64,000 nt of DNA from Anaeramoeba ignava BMAN (GCA_028826165.1 JAPDFW010000028.1:4507-68506); one strand, 5' to 3'; numbered from the stretch's first letter, positions 38,501 through 53,600 are shown. The notes: generated by a model not told the origin, from the sequence alone. Translations and numbers: made by a program.

Positions 38501-38755
38501 ATAAAAATTAATAAAATATTTTAATTAATTTTATATTAAAATCTAAATAATAAAATAATAATAATTTATTTATAATTCTTTTTAAAATTAATAAATTAAA
38601 TAAATTATTAAATTAAATTAATTTAAAATAATTAAAAAATTAAATAAAAAATTAATAAAATATTTTAATTAATTTTATATTAAAATCTAAATAATAATTT
38701 AATAATTATTTACTTATAATTCTTTTTAAAATTAAATTAAAAAATAAATTATAAA
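35570..38755. repeat. 3.2-kb almost purely A/T satellite, ~143-145 bp unit
   Basis: Recurring 'aatttacttataattctttttaaaattaataaattaaa' (e.g. 37816, 37961); essentially no G on the + strand. Confidence 0.9.
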
Positions 38756-38857
38756 AATAGAATTGTTTGAATTTGTGGTTTTTAATCTTCTTCAAATCTC
38801 AAAATTATTTGAAAAATTCTTAAAAAAAGAAAAAAGAAAAAATAATTAATTTATTGA

Positions 38858-41800
38858 TTAATTTTCATCATCTTCATCATCTTCACTTTCCATTTCATTA
38901 ACACTTGCAATTTCCTTTTCCATAATTCCAATTTTTTGAAGAGAAATTTTAGCCCAATCCTCTTTTCCCTTTTTCACAAGATTTCTATGAATAATTCTTT
39001 CTGATGCGAGATCTTTTTCAACTTGACTAATATAAACATCAAGTTCAAGTGCTCCTGATTGAACTAATTCTTGTAGTTTTTGGAGTTTTTCTTGAGCAAA
39101 CGCTTTTTTCTTTGTTAAAAAAGCAGGAATTGGTTTATTTTCTGTTTGAAGAATTTTGATAATTCGATCACAATCTGCAATAACCCATTCTAAAACATCA
39201 TTTGAAATGATATTTTCAAGTAAATCTGGATGACCGTAATTTGGATTATTATCAACTTCAGGAATTCCTATTTTTTTTTCTTGAGGAACTTGAACTGGTG
39301 AATTTTGAATTGGTTTTTGATTTGTTTTTTGAACTTGAACTGGCGAATTTTGAATTGGTTTTTGATTTGTTTTTTGAACTTGATTAGGTGAATTTTGAAT
39401 TGGTTTTTGATTTGTTTTTTGAACTTGAACTGGTGAATTTTGAATTGGTTTTTGATTTGTTTTTTGAACTTGATTAGGTGAATTTTGAGGTGATTTTTGA
39501 GGTGATTTTTGATTTGTTTGTTTTTTTTCTTCCATTGCACTATTTGGATTTGAAAGATCATATCCATCAATAACTACATGTTTAATTGGATGTGCAATGA
39601 TTTCTTTAGCTTCAAGTGGTTCTCTTAATCTAACTTGAGCATCAACTGAAATTCCTAAATCTTTTCTTTTTACTTGAAACTAAAAAAAAAAATCAATTTA
39701 AAAATTTTTGGATCATTTTTTTTTAAATTTAATTTTCTTTTGAAAAAATTTTTCTCACACTAAAAGTTCCTGAAATTTCACATTTTCTTGAAAAATTTTG
39801 TAATGGAATATCTGCTCTTCCGATTGGATCTTTGCTACTAAAAATCATTCCTTTTTTTTTATAAAGATGAACAGAAACATATTTTCTATCAACAAAACGA
39901 TCAAATGATTTTTTTCTTGCAATTTGAAATTTATGAGTCAATCCAATTTGAATTTTTTCTTCGGCTTTAAAATTTCCAGATTTTAAAGTTTGCGGTTCAT
40001 TTTTTGGATAAAGAAGTTCTAATTCAATGAAAACTTGGTCTTTAGAAGATCTAATTTAATAAAGAAGAATATATTTTTAAATAAATTTTTTTTTTAAATC
40101 TAATTTTCTTGAATAAATTTTTTTTTTTTTTACTTCAATCCATTAATTTGTGAAATTTCAATCTCCATTTCTGTTGCAGCAATTTGAGGGAAGTTTTTCT
40201 CCTCTAAAATTTCATAAGACTCAAAATGGAATTTTGGTGGAGGTAAATTCATTTTAGCCAATCCTTGAATAAATTCGAGATTTGAATTCAATTCCTTCTT
40301 TTTTCTTTCAATATCCATTTTATTCAAATTTCCACTTTCAATTTTCTTTTGTTGCTGATCTATTATTTCCATTTCACTTTGAATAAGTTTTTCTAACGAT
40401 TCAAAAACTTGTTTAAATTGTTCAGTATTTGATTTTGAAAAATTGAAAATTTGTTGATTTTGATCCACAATATTTTTGATTTGATTCAAAGTTAGTTTAT
40501 TAAGAGCAGGTTGAGTTGTTTGGGTTGTTTGGTAAATCCTTGAAACAGGCGGAGGAAGCGCAGAAATTGCGAACTTCTCTCCTTTAAGTGTTCTTGCTTT
40601 GATTTCCTTAAGTTTTTTAAAGTTTACTTTCAAAATATTGATTATTTGCTTTTGATCTGTGTTTTTCAAAGATGTGATTTCTTTCACATACTCATCAATT
40701 CTTGTTTGGATGTGTTTTATTGATGCAACTGATTTATCCTTTGCTACTTTTTGGATTTTTACAGGTGATGCTTGTGGATCAAGTATTTGTTTTACTTGAT
40801 TTTCCAATGTTTTTGCTTTTTTGAGATATTGAATTGCCATTTTATTATTATTTGCATCTCTATAACGAATTGCTTCACTTTTTGCATCTTTAATTTCTTG
40901 AATTAATTTGTCAACAATTTTCTGTTGTTCTGGTTTTAATTTTTGTTGTTTCTCTTGCAGTTCATGTTGTTTTTCAATTTTTTGTTGTTGTAATTTTTGC
41001 TGTTCAATTTTTTCCTGTTGCAATTTTTGTTGTTCTAATTGTTGATGATGATGCCTTGTTTTTGCCTGTTCAGCTTTTGAAGGTGTTCGTGAAATATCTT
41101 TTTTTGTTGTTAGTTGTTGATCCATTTGTTTTTTCTTTTTGTTTTCTATTTCTTTTTTCTTTTTGTTTTCCAATTGTTTTTGTAATTCCAAATGTTTTTG
41201 CAATTCCCATTCTTTTTGTTTTTCGATTTCTTTTTGATTTTCTTTTTGATTTTCTTTTTGATTTTCTTTTTGATTTTCTTTTTGATTTTCTTTTTTATTT
41301 TCTTTTTGATTTCTTTTTTGATTTTCTTTTTCTAATTCCTTTTCTAATTGTTTTTCTAAATCTTTTTCCAAATCTTTTCCCTTTCCTGATTTATTTTTTT
41401 GATTTTCCAATTCTAATTGTTTTTCAAATTCTTTTTCTTGTTCCAAAAATTCCTTTTCAAAATCAATTTCTTCTTTTGATTTTTGATTTGATTTTTGATT
41501 TGATTTTGAGTTGATTTTGGAGTTGATTTTGGAGTTGATTTTTGTGATTTTGATTTTTCTTTTGGTTGTTCAATTAATTTTTCAATTGATTTTTCTTTTG
41601 ATTTTTCTTTTGATTTTTCTTTTGATTTTTGCTTTTCATTTCCTTTATTTTCTGCTTCAATTTCTCCCATTAACATACTTAATTCTGCATTTAAATTTGG
41701 ATCATTAAGATCTTCTTCTGTAAATTGAAGTATTTGTTCTTTTGGTTGTTTTCTATTTGATTGTGTTTTTTTTGTTGGTTTTTTTTTCTCTTCTTTTTGT

Positions 41801-42045
41801 AAGCTTTCAAACTCAGCTAATAAACTAGGATCATTTAAATCATCTATTCCTGTATTTTTTCCATTTCCAAAACCAAAATCATTTTTATTAAATTCTGCCA
41901 TCATTTTTTTTAATTCAGAATCATTATCTAAATCTTCTTCAAATTTTGTTGTATCAAATAAATCATTTTTATTCTTTGTGTTTTTTGTGTTTTTTTTTGA
42001 ATCGTTTTTTTTTGAATTATTTTTTTTCTTGTTTCTTCCAAACAT
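38858..42045 (-). CDS. CC2D1/Lgd-like protein (DM14 repeats plus C2 domain; ESCRT-III regulator); apparent frameshift near 41450
   Basis: IKDAKSEAIRYRDANNNKMAIQYLKKAKTLE (DM14-like) and LPPPKFHFE...FP...; C2 with YKKKGMIFSSKDPIGRADIPL...KCEI...VRLREPL. Two short introns near 40053-40132 and 39680-39759. Confidence 0.8.
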
Positions 42046-42114
42046 TTTTAAAAAAAAAAAAATGAATTTCAAAAATTTTTTTTTTAAAATTTAAAATAAT
42101 TTTTCCTCTTCCTT

Positions 42115-42405
42115 TAAAAATCAAAATCAAAATCAAAATAAAAAAAATCAAAATCAAAATCAAAATCAAAATAAAAATAAAAATCAAAATCAAAATCAAA
42201 ATCAAAATCCAAAATATAAATCAAAATCAAAATCAAAATCAAAATCAAAATGAAAATCAAAATAATCAAAATCCAAAATATAAATCAAAATCAAAATCCA
42301 AAATCAAAATCAAAATCAAAATATAAATCAAAATATAAATCAAAATGAAAATCAAAATAATCAAAATCAAAATATAAATAAAAATCAAAATATAAATTAA
42401 AATAA
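42115..42405. repeat. (AAAATC)n microsatellite
   Basis: Visible hexamer array. Confidence 0.88.
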
Positions 42406-42453
42406 ATTTCCTTTTTTTATTTATTTGAATAATTTTTTCATTCATTCAAATAA

Positions 42454-44159
42454 TCAAACATTTAAAGATTGTATCAAAGGAATAGTTTCATTTTCATCAA
42501 CTGTTTCATTTTCAAAAGATTCAGTTTTAACCAAACTAATTTGGGATTGATTTTCATGATATTTTTTGCAAAACATAGAAAAAACACATCTTCTAATTTT
42601 TTGATCCAGAAAAATATAAATAAGAAAATCCCAAATTCCTTGACTAATCATAGTAGCAGCTTGTAAAATATCAAGAGAAATAGGATTTGAATTGTTTGAA
42701 AATTCTATTCCTCTTTTTATAGTTGAAGGAATATAAGAAAGTATGTATATTATTGGTACAAGTGTCATCCTTGTTTGAATTTTGATTTTTTCTTTTTCTC
42801 TTTGTTTATTTCTTGTTGAATACATTTCTGATATTGTTTTATCAAATCGATTAATTGCTACTATTATTAAAACAAAGAATACTAATACTGAAATTAAACA
42901 AACCCATACAACTATATAAAATCCAACTTGAACTTGATATGGTTCAACATAACACCTTTTTTTTCAATATTAAAATTCATTTATAAAATTAAAATTAAAA
43001 TTAAAATTAAAATTAAAATTAAAATCAAAATTAAAATTAAAATTAAAATTAAAATTAAAATTAAAATTATAATCAATATTATAATTAAAATTAAAATCAA
43101 ATCCAAAAATTAAAATTAAAATTAAAATTAAAATTAAAATTAAAATCAATATTAAAATTAAAATCAAATCCAAAAATTAAAATTAAAATTAAAATCAATA
43201 TTAAAATTAAAATTAAAATTAATATTAATATCAAAATTAAAATTAAAATTAAAATTAAAATCAAAATTAAAATTATAATTAAAATTAAAATTAAAATTAA
43301 AATCAAAATTAAAATTAATATTGAAATTAAAATCAAAAATTAAAATCAAAAATTAAAATTAAAATTCAAAATTAAAATTAAAATTAAAATTAAAATTAAA
43401 ATTAAAATTAAAATTAAAATTAAAATTAAAATTAAAATTAAAATTAAAATTAAAATCAATATTAAAATTAAAATTAAAATTAAAATTAAAATTAAAATTA
43501 AAATTAAAATTAAAATTAAAATTAAAATTAAAATTAAAATTAAAATTAATATTAAAATTAAAATTAAAATTAAAATTAAAATTAAAATTAAAATCTAAAT
43601 TATAATTAAAATTAAAATTTAAAATTAAAATTAAAATTATAATCAAAATTAAAATTAAAATTATAATTAAAATCAAAATTAAAATTAAAATTAATATTAA
43701 AATCAATATTTAAAATTAAATGAGAAGAACAAACCAAGCAGAATCATTTCTTTTTGTATCAGTAAAAGGAATTAACAAAGCAACAAAAATAATTAAAAAA
43801 GGAATAGTTCCAAAAAGAAAATATTTCAATAACTTTTCAATATTAGAATTTGAAACTTTACTAGAAACTTTTAAATAAATAAAAACAGAAACAGCCAATT
43901 TCCAAATAGGAAGAGTTACAAAAAAAAAGGCAAGCCAAACAGCTTGAAATTTGCATAAAAAATCAATATAACTGCCACAAAAAAGGAAACCAATTGCAAA
44001 AGCTAAATCATAATAAGCTAAAATTAATATCATTTTTAAAAATAATGTTTGTAATTCTCGAAATCGATAATAACTAATTATTATTATTAAGGAACAAATT
44101 GTTGCTAAAATTGCTGCTAAAATTGGTGGAAGTGTTTGTGCAAGTGATTGATGAATCAT
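42454..44159 (-). CDS. Seven-TM GPCR of the cAMP-receptor-like (cAR/Git3/GCR1) class; 2 exons
   Basis: Hydrophobic helices; CKFQA; spliced AWCYV across intron 42956-43734, which is (AAAATT)n-filled; YILSYIPSTIKR; SQGIWDFLIY. Confidence 0.85.
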
Positions 44160-44239
44160 TTTTATTTTAATTTTTATTTTAATTTTTATTTTAAAAAATT
44201 AATTAAAGATAAAGCAAAAAAAAAATGAAAAAAAAAAAT

Positions 44240-45130
44240 TTTAATTTCTTTTTAATTTATTTTCAATTTCTTTTTAATTTCTTTTCAATTTTTAATTTTA
44301 AATTCAATTCTTTTATTTGCTTTTTAAAAATAAATATTTGTTCCACTTTTTAATTTTAAATTCAATTCTTTTATTTGCTTTTCAATTTTATTTGCTTTTT
44401 AATTTATTTCTAAAAATAAATATTTGTTCCACTTTTTAATTTTTAAATTCAATTCTTTTATTTGCTTTTCAATTTTATTTTATTTTCAATTTTTATTTCA
44501 ATTCTTTTATTTGCTTTTCAATTTTAATTTCTTTTTAATTTCTTTTCAATTTTAATTTCTTTTTAATTTCTTTTCAATTTCTATTTTTAAATTCAATTCT
44601 TTTATTTGCTTTTCAATTTTAATTTCTTTTTAATTTCTTTTTAAAAAATAAATATTTGTTCCACTTTTTAATTTTAAATCCAATTCTTTTATTTGCTTTT
44701 CAATTTTAATTTCTTTTTAATTTATTTTTAATTTCTTTTTAATTTCTTTTCAATTTCTTTTCAATTTTTAAATTCAATTCTTTTATTTGCTTTTCAATTT
44801 AATTTTAATTTCTTTTTAATTTATTTTTAAAAAATAAATATTTGTTCCACTTTTTAATTTTAAATCCAATTCTTTTATTTGCTTTTCAATTTTAATTTCT
44901 TTTTAATTTATTTTTAAAAAATAAATATTTGTTCCACTTTTTAATTTTAAATTCAATTCTTTTATTTGCTTTTCAATTTTAATTTCTTTTTAATTTATTT
45001 TTAAATTCAATTCTTTTATTTGTTTTTCAATTTATTTTTAATTTCTTTTTAAAAATAAATATTTGTTCCACTTTTTAATTTTTAAATTCAATTCTTTTAT
45101 TTGCTTTTCAATTTTAATTTCTTTTAATTT
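44240..45130. repeat. Degenerate minisatellite (~87-bp core unit) containing TTTGTTCCACTTTTT
   Basis: gttcc core at about 44340, 44426, 44657, 44844, 44931 and 45065. Confidence 0.85.
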
Positions 45131-45148
45131 TTAAAAAAAATCAAAAAT

Positions 45149-48100
45149 CTAAATATGATCAATTCTTGAGTTCGTTTTAATTGCTGAAATCCAACTTAAC
45201 ATTTCTTCTTTACTTTGTGCTACACAATAATATGTTCTTTCTTTCGTTTCAATTTCAAATCCCCATTTTTTATTTAATGATCTATTTTCTCGAACTTTAT
45301 TATAAAGAATTGGAATTTCTCCTTTAAATTTTTTTGATTTTGAATTTTCAAAATATTCCAATTTATGACATCCTAATTTAAACCATCTTTTCTTCCAATT
45401 TTTATGTCCAAAACCCTAATAAAATTAATTTTAAATTGATTTTAAATTGATTTTGATTTTAAATTGATTTTGATTTTAAATTGATTTTGATTTTAAATTG
45501 ATTTTAAATTAATTTGATTAAATTGATTTTGATTTTAAATTGATTAAATTGATTTTGAGATTAAATTGATTAAATTAATTTTGATTTTAAATTGATTTTA
45601 AATTGATTTTAAATTGATTTTAAATTGATTAAATTGATTTTGATTTTGATTTTAAATTAATTTTGATTTTAATTTGATTAAATTGATTTTGATTTTAAAT
45701 TGATTAAATTGATTTTAAATTGATTAAATTGATTAAATTGATTTTGATTTTAATTTGATTAAATTGATTTTGATTTTAAATTGATTAAATTGATTAAATT
45801 GATTAAATTGATTTTGAGATTAAATTGATTTTGATTTTAAATTGATTTTGATATTAAATTGATTTTGATATTAAATTAATTTGATTAAATTGATTTGATT
45901 AAATTGATTTTGATTTTAATTTGATTTTAAATTGATTTTAAATTGATTTTGATTTTAAATTGATTAAATTGATTTTGATTTTAATTTGATTTTAATTTGA
46001 TTAAATTGATTTTGATTTTAAATTGATTAAATTGATTTTGATTTTAATTTGATTTTAATTTGATTAAATTGATTTTGATTTTAAATTGATTTACTTGTTT
46101 GATTAAAAATCCTTCTTTCATAACTAATGACTTTTTTTTTGGATAAACTAATTGTAAAAAATGTATCTTGCCTGTTGTATCACCACAAACAACATGATAA
46201 CCACACCAAGATAAAGAAGGAATATAACTAAAAACATAAAAATAAAATTTAATATAAAAATTGAAAAAAAGTGGAACAAAAAAAAATTTTTTTTTTACCT
46301 ATCAAATACCATACAAGCTAAACATGTTCCTTCAAGAAAATCCCATAATCGAATACTAAAATCATGAGATGAAGAAATACATAAATTATTTGTAAATTTC
46401 GAATTTTCATAAATATCAACAGCAACATCTTCTACACAATGAGTATGCCCATTTAAAATATGAATTTGTGAACCTGTTTGAACATCCCAAACTCTTAATG
46501 AAAAATCAGAAGATCCTGAAATCAAATATTTTCCATCTCGAGAAAACTTACAACAAGTAACCCAATCTGTGTGACCTTTTAAAACATGATATTCTTGAAA
46601 TTCCTTGACTTTCCATAATCGAACAGTTGAGTCCCAAGAACATGAAGCAATAAATTGAGAATCTGGACTTACTGAAAGTCCTACAATAAAATTGGAATGC
46701 CCTGTCAATAACCCTACTCTTTTTTTATTTTCTAAATCCCAAACAGAAATTGCTTTATCTAATCCTCCACTCACTGCAAATTTCATATTTTTACTTAAAG
46801 CACAACATTCACCTAATAAATAATTTTCGAAAGGTGAAAAAAAAAAATGAGAACAAAAATTGGAACTTTTTTTTTTTCCTTAAGATATTATAATGTAATT
46901 CTCAAGAAAGAAATATCGAAAGAACAAAGGAAAAAAAGATTTTGTTTTTTGTTTTTAATTACCAGGATCTTTATGAGCATTCCAACCAACAGTTTTGTTC
47001 GGAGATTCTAAATTCCAATATCTTAATGTTCTATCATCACTTATTGATAAAATTTTCTTTGAATCAGAGCTGAAATCAAGCGACTTAACATCCAAAATAT
47101 GGCCTGATAATTTTTTAAGAGGCTTTCCTGGATAGTTTAAATCCCAAACCATAATATTATATTGAGACCATGTTGTTGCAACTTTTTTTGAATCTGCGGA
47201 AATACTCACAGATTCTATCCATTGAGAACTTGGATAAACAACTTTTAAAGGAGATTGAAAAATTTGGTCATCACTTAGTGATTGAATTGTATGAATACTA
47301 GTTAATCTAAGTGCTTCAAATGGTATTTCTGAAGAAGTATTAAGAGGATTGTTTTGATTTGATTTTTCTTCATCCTTTTGGTTTAAATCTTGTGGATTTT
47401 TGTGATTTATTTTCTCTTTTTTCACTTTTGGTTTTTGTGAAGTTTCAACCTCTAATTCTTGTGATTTTCTTTTTACTTCGCTTTCTTGATTGATTCCAAC
47501 TTGTTTTTTATTCTTTTCAATTTCTTCCAAATCTGATTCATTTTCATTTGGAATTGAAGATAAAGAATTTGTTTTTTTCACTGATTGATTTGCAGTTTCT
47601 GAATTATATCTTTCATTTCTTTGTGTTCTTCTGAGAAATTTATTTGGAGATAGCGTTGTTGGATTAATACCAATTACTCGAAGTGAGGATGTAATTTTCA
47701 TAAAAGGAATTGGTTGTTGAATCACTTTCATTGCATTATCTTCAATAACAAGTGTTGATTTCAAAGAACAAAACCAAAAGCAAGATTTCGGTTTTTTTGC
47801 TTGATTAAGAATTTGAGCAAGTTTTTCGCTCAAGTTACTATCATCAAAACGAATAATAATTTGCTGTGATAGTTGAGTTGGTGTGGAATCATAAATCAGA
47901 GAATATGAGGCTCTTTCTAATATTTCCAGAAAATATTTCGCATCTCTTTCATGTGTTTCTGAAAGTAAATCTAAGTCTCTCTGCAAATATACAACATCAG
48001 TCTTTTTTATTTTGTAAATAATCCAATGATAATCCAAAACTAAATTCAATAAATCCTGTTTTTTATGTGAAAGATATAAATGAATTGGCAGATATTTCAC

Positions 48101-50511
48101 TTCATAAAATGATTTGGATTCGATTTGGAGTGCAAAATTTGTCAATGCAGAATCAGATATTTTGGTATGTCCTTCAGTTTTATTAATTTGGAAAAGTCCG
48201 CTTTTTTCAGAATGAAAAAATGTTAAAAATCTTGGATGAGAAAAACTGATTTTTTCTTGATTATCGATTTTTAAAAAGAAATTGAAAATAGGATTTTCTT
48301 CAATATTGAAAAAATCTTTTGGATAAGTTGCAAAACAATGTCCAAGCGAAAGTAATGAAATATCACTTTCAATAAGTGGTTCAAATGAGATCATAAGTGT
48401 TTGAAGGAATGGATAAATATAAATATGATAAAACAAAAGACCATCTTTTGTTGTTTTGTAATTTTTGAAAAGAATTGATTCTTCAAAAGAGAATCTTGAC
48501 ATAGAAAGTGCTTTTTTTCTCAATGATTTGTAGTAATTTTGCATTTGTTCTGTTGGAAATTCGTTTTCAGGAGAATAAATTTGAATTAAAAACCAATAAA
48601 GAAAATTTTCCAAATTATTTGGAATATTTTCTAATTGTGATATTTCTGAGATGATTCCATATTTAATACTTTTCATGATTATATCACAATAAATAAAATC
48701 TCCTTGAGTTTTTTCAATTAATAATCGATTGAAGTTTTCAAATTGGATTATTTTGGAAAAATTAGGATTTAAAACCAATTTTGATTCTAAATATTGAGTA
48801 ATTTTGAATTGGATAAAATTTGAGAAATCTTCTTGGATTTTTTCAGAGTATTCAAGGTTATCAAGATCTAGAACAAGTATTTCTTGAGGTTTTGGTTTAA
48901 AATAAGTTTGAGCTTCTTCTGTATCATTTCTAATTGAAACAATTATTTTGAGCCAAGGAGGGAATTTGTCAATATTTTGCATAATAACTGTGTATAAACT
49001 ACAACCAAATTTAGATGTTTTAAGAGTTGTAAAAGAGAGATCAAAATCATCAATAACAATGAAAATATTTCCACCAATATCAAGAGGAGAATTGAAAAGT
49101 TTCAGATTATCAACATTATTATTTAATTGATTTTGATTTTTATTATTTTGATTTTCATTATTTTGATTTTTATTATTTTGATTTTGATTTTTGGATTTGA
49201 TTTTGATTTTTTTGATTTTCATTATTTTGATTTTTTTGATTTTGATTTTGATTATTTTCATTATTTTCATTTTGATTATTTTGATTATTTTGATTTTGGA
49301 TTTGATTTTAATTATTTTGATTATTTTGATTTTGGATTTGATTTTGATTATTTTGATTTTGGATTTGATTTTGATTATTTTTATTTTCATTATTTTCATT
49401 TTGATTTTGATTATTTTCATTTGAATTATTTTCATTATTTTCATTTTCATTATTTTGATTTTGATTATTTTCATTTTGATTTTGATTTTTATTATTTTCA
49501 TTATTTTGATTTTGATTTTGATTTTGATTTTCGTTATTTTCATTATTTTTATTATTTTGATTATTTTGAATTTCATTATTTTGATTTTGATTTTGATTTA
49601 TATTTTGATTTTCATTATTTTCATCATTTTCATCATTTTCATTTTCATTTTCATTATTTTCATTATTTTCATCATTTTCATCATTTTCATCATTTTCATC
49701 ATTTTCATTATTTTCATTTTCATTTTCATTTTCATTTTGATTTATATTTTGATTTATATTTTGATTTTGAATTTCATTTTGATTTTGATTTTCATTATTT
49801 TCAATAATATCTAATTTTTCATCTAATTTTTCAATCACAATTTCTGAATCACTTTCAATTATAATTTCAGAATCTTCACTTTCAATTAAATCTTGACTTG
49901 AAAAATTATTTTGAAAATTTGATAATTCTATTAAAGGTTCAATTATTCCAAGATTAAATAATTTAATAGGATATCTTTTACAATTTTCCAGAGTAAGAAT
50001 CAATGATCCTTCTTCAGTTGAAGCTAAAACATCTTTAAATTTAGGAACTTTTTCCAAAATCATTCGAACCAGAGAATGAATAAATATTCCTGGTTCAAGA
50101 GTATCAATTGATTGTTCAAATTTACAAAAATGATAAGCAATAATATTTTCTGAATTTTTGGAAATGAAATTTTCAAGAATTTTTGTTCTTCCACTTCCTG
50201 GTTTTCCTGATAAAACTAATATTTTTTCTGTTATATTTGTGTTTGTAATCCAATTTTTCATTGAATTCATAATCCATTCTCTAGTTATTTGTTCATTTTC
50301 TTGAAATTTTATTCTTGATTCAATTGGAAATGATATTTTTTTTGGATTTTGAATAAATTTAAATGATTTCTATTTTATTTTTTAAATCCAAATAAAATTT
50401 TAATAAAAAATTTTAATAAAAAACGATTAATTTTTTTTTTATTTGTCAATTTACCATTGAAATTCTTTTTTCTAAATGTTTAAATTGATCTTCTTCGAAA
50501 TTTTCAATCAT
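45149..50511 (-). CDS. STAND/NACHT-like P-loop NTPase with WD40 repeats and a C-terminal PH domain; frameshift(s) in an N/Q/E microsatellite near 49190-49310
   Basis: REWIM...KILVLSGKPGSGRT, IIAYHFC, Walker B IFIVIDDFD; GH...WD repeats; KEGFLIKQ|GFGHKNWKKRWFKL...EEMLSWISAI (PH) across intron 45416-46094. ATG at 50511. Confidence 0.85.
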
Positions 50512-50664
50512 TTTGTAAAATTTTTTTTTTTCAAATATAAAAAATATAAAAAGGAAATAATTTAAAAAATATAATTAAAAATCGAAAAAAAAAATGAAAA
50601 ATATTTTTTCTTCATTTTTTTTTTCATTTTTTTTTTCCTCTTTTTTTTTTTTATTATTATTTTA

Positions 50665-53600
50665 ATGGAATTAAATGATTTAACAGCAGAATCTTGGCTT
50701 GATAATTTTGATGAATTAGAACGATTTGCTTCTGAAAATCATGCATCTATTCGTGAATATAATCGACTTAAAATGAAAGGGTCAAGTAATGCAGCACAAA
50801 GTTCAAAAATAAGAAAAAACGTAATTCAAAATTCAATTCAAATTTATACCAAAATTTATAATTATATTTATAACTAAATTTATAATTAAATTTATAACTA
50901 AATTTATAATTATATTTATAATTATATTTATAACTAAATTTATAACCAAATTTATAATTATATTTATAACTAAATTTATAACTAAATTTATAACTAAATT
51001 TATAACTAAATTTATAATTAAATTTATAACTAAATTTATAATTAAATTTATAATTATATTTATAATTAAATTTATAATTATATTTATAACTAAATTTATA
51101 ATTATATTTATAATTAAATTTATAATTATATTTATAATTAAATTTATAATTATATTTATAATTAAATATATAATTAAAGTTATAACTATATTTATAATTA
51201 TATTTATAACTAAATTTATAATTAAATTTATACTTAAAATATATAATTATATTTATAATTAAATTTATAATTAAATTTATAATTAAAATTTATAACTATA
51301 TTTATAATTATATTTATAATTAAATTTATAATTAAATTTATAATTAAATTTATAATTAAATTTATAATTAAATTAAATTTATAATTAAATTTATAATTAT
51401 ATTTATAACTAAATTTATAACTAAATTTATAATTAAATTTATAATTGAATTTATAACTAAATTTATAATTATATTTATAATTAAATTTATAATTAAATTT
51501 ATAATTAAATTTATAATTAAATTTATAATTAAATTTATAACTAAATTTATAATTAAATTTATAACTAAATTTATAACTAAATTTATATTTATATTTATAA
51601 TTAAATTTATAACTAAATTTATAATTATATTTATAATTATATTTATAATTAAATTTAATTTAAAATTTTAATATTTTATAATTTAAATTTATTTTATTTA
51701 AATTTTTTATAATTAAATTTATAATTAAATTTATAATTATATTTATAATTAAATTTATAATTATATTTATAATTAAATTTATAATTATATTTATAATTAA
51801 ATTTATAATTATATTTATAATTAAATTTATAATTAAATTTATAATTAAATTTATAATTAAATTTATAATTATATTTATAATTAAATTTATAATTAAATTT
51901 TATACCAAAATTTATAATTATATTTTAAATTTATAATTAAATTTATAATTATATTTATAATTAAATTTATAATTAAATTTATAACTAAATTTATAACTAA
52001 ATTTATAATTAAATTTATAATTAAATTTATAACTAAATTTATAATTAAATTTATAATTAAATTTATAATTAAATTTATAATTATATTTATAATTAAATTT
52101 ATAATTAAATTAATAATTAAATTTATAATTATATTTATAATTAAATTTATAATTATATTTATAATTATATTTATAATAAAATTTATAACTAAATTTATAT
52201 TAAATTTATAACTAAATTTATAATTAAATTTATAATTATATTTATAATTAAATTTATAATTATATTTATAATTATATTTATAAGTAAATTTATATCAAAA
52301 TTTATAACAAAATTTATAATTAAATTTATAACTAAATTTATATTTAAATTTATAATTAAATTTATAATTATATTTATAACTAAATTTATAACTAAATTTA
52401 TAATTATATTTATAATTAAATTTATAATTAAATTTATAATTAAATTTATATTTAAATTTATAATTAAATTTATAACTAAATTTATAATTAAATTTATACT
52501 TAAATATATAATTATATTTATAATTAAATTTATAATTATATTTATAATTAAAATTTATAATTAAAATTTATAATTAAATTTATAATTAAATTTATAACTA
52601 TATTTATAATTATATTTATAATTAAATTTATAATTAAATTTATAACAAAATTTATAACTAAATTTATAACCAAATTTATAACCAAATTAATAACTAAATT
52701 AATAACTAAATTAATAACTAAATTTATAATTAAATTTATAATTATATTTATAATTAAATTTATAATTAAATTTATAATTATATTTATAATTAAATTTATA
52801 ATTAAATTTATAATTAAATTTATAATTAAATTTATAATTATATTTATAATTAAATTTATAATTATATTTATAATTAAATTTATAATTAAATTTATAATTA
52901 AATTTATAATTAAATTTATAATTATATTTATAACTAAATTTATAATTAAATTTATAATTATATTTATAATTAAATTTATAACTATATTTATAACTAAATT
53001 TATAATTAAATTTATAATTATATTTATAATAAAATTTATAATTATATTTATAATTATATTTATAATTAAATTTATAATTAAATTTATAATTAAATTTATA
53101 ATTATATTTAATTATAAATTTATAATTAAATTTATAATTAAATTTATAATTAAATTTATAATTATATTTATAATTAAATTTATAATTATATTTATAATTA
53201 AATTTATAACTAAATTTATAACTAAATTTATAATTAAATTTATAATTAAATTTATAATTAAATTTATAACTAAATTTATAATTAAATTTATAATTAAATT
53301 TATAACTAAATTTATAATTATATTTATAATTATATTTATAATTATATTTATAATTATATTTATAATTAAATTTATAATTATATTTATAATTAAATATATA
53401 ATTAAATTTATATTTATATTTATAATTAAATTTATAACAAAATTTATAATTAAATTTATAATTAAATTTATAACTAAATTTATAATTAAATTTAAAATTA
53501 AATTTATAATTAAATTTATAATTAAATTTATAATTATATTTATAATTAAATTTATAACAAAAATTTATAACTAAATTTATAATTAAATTTATAATTAAAT

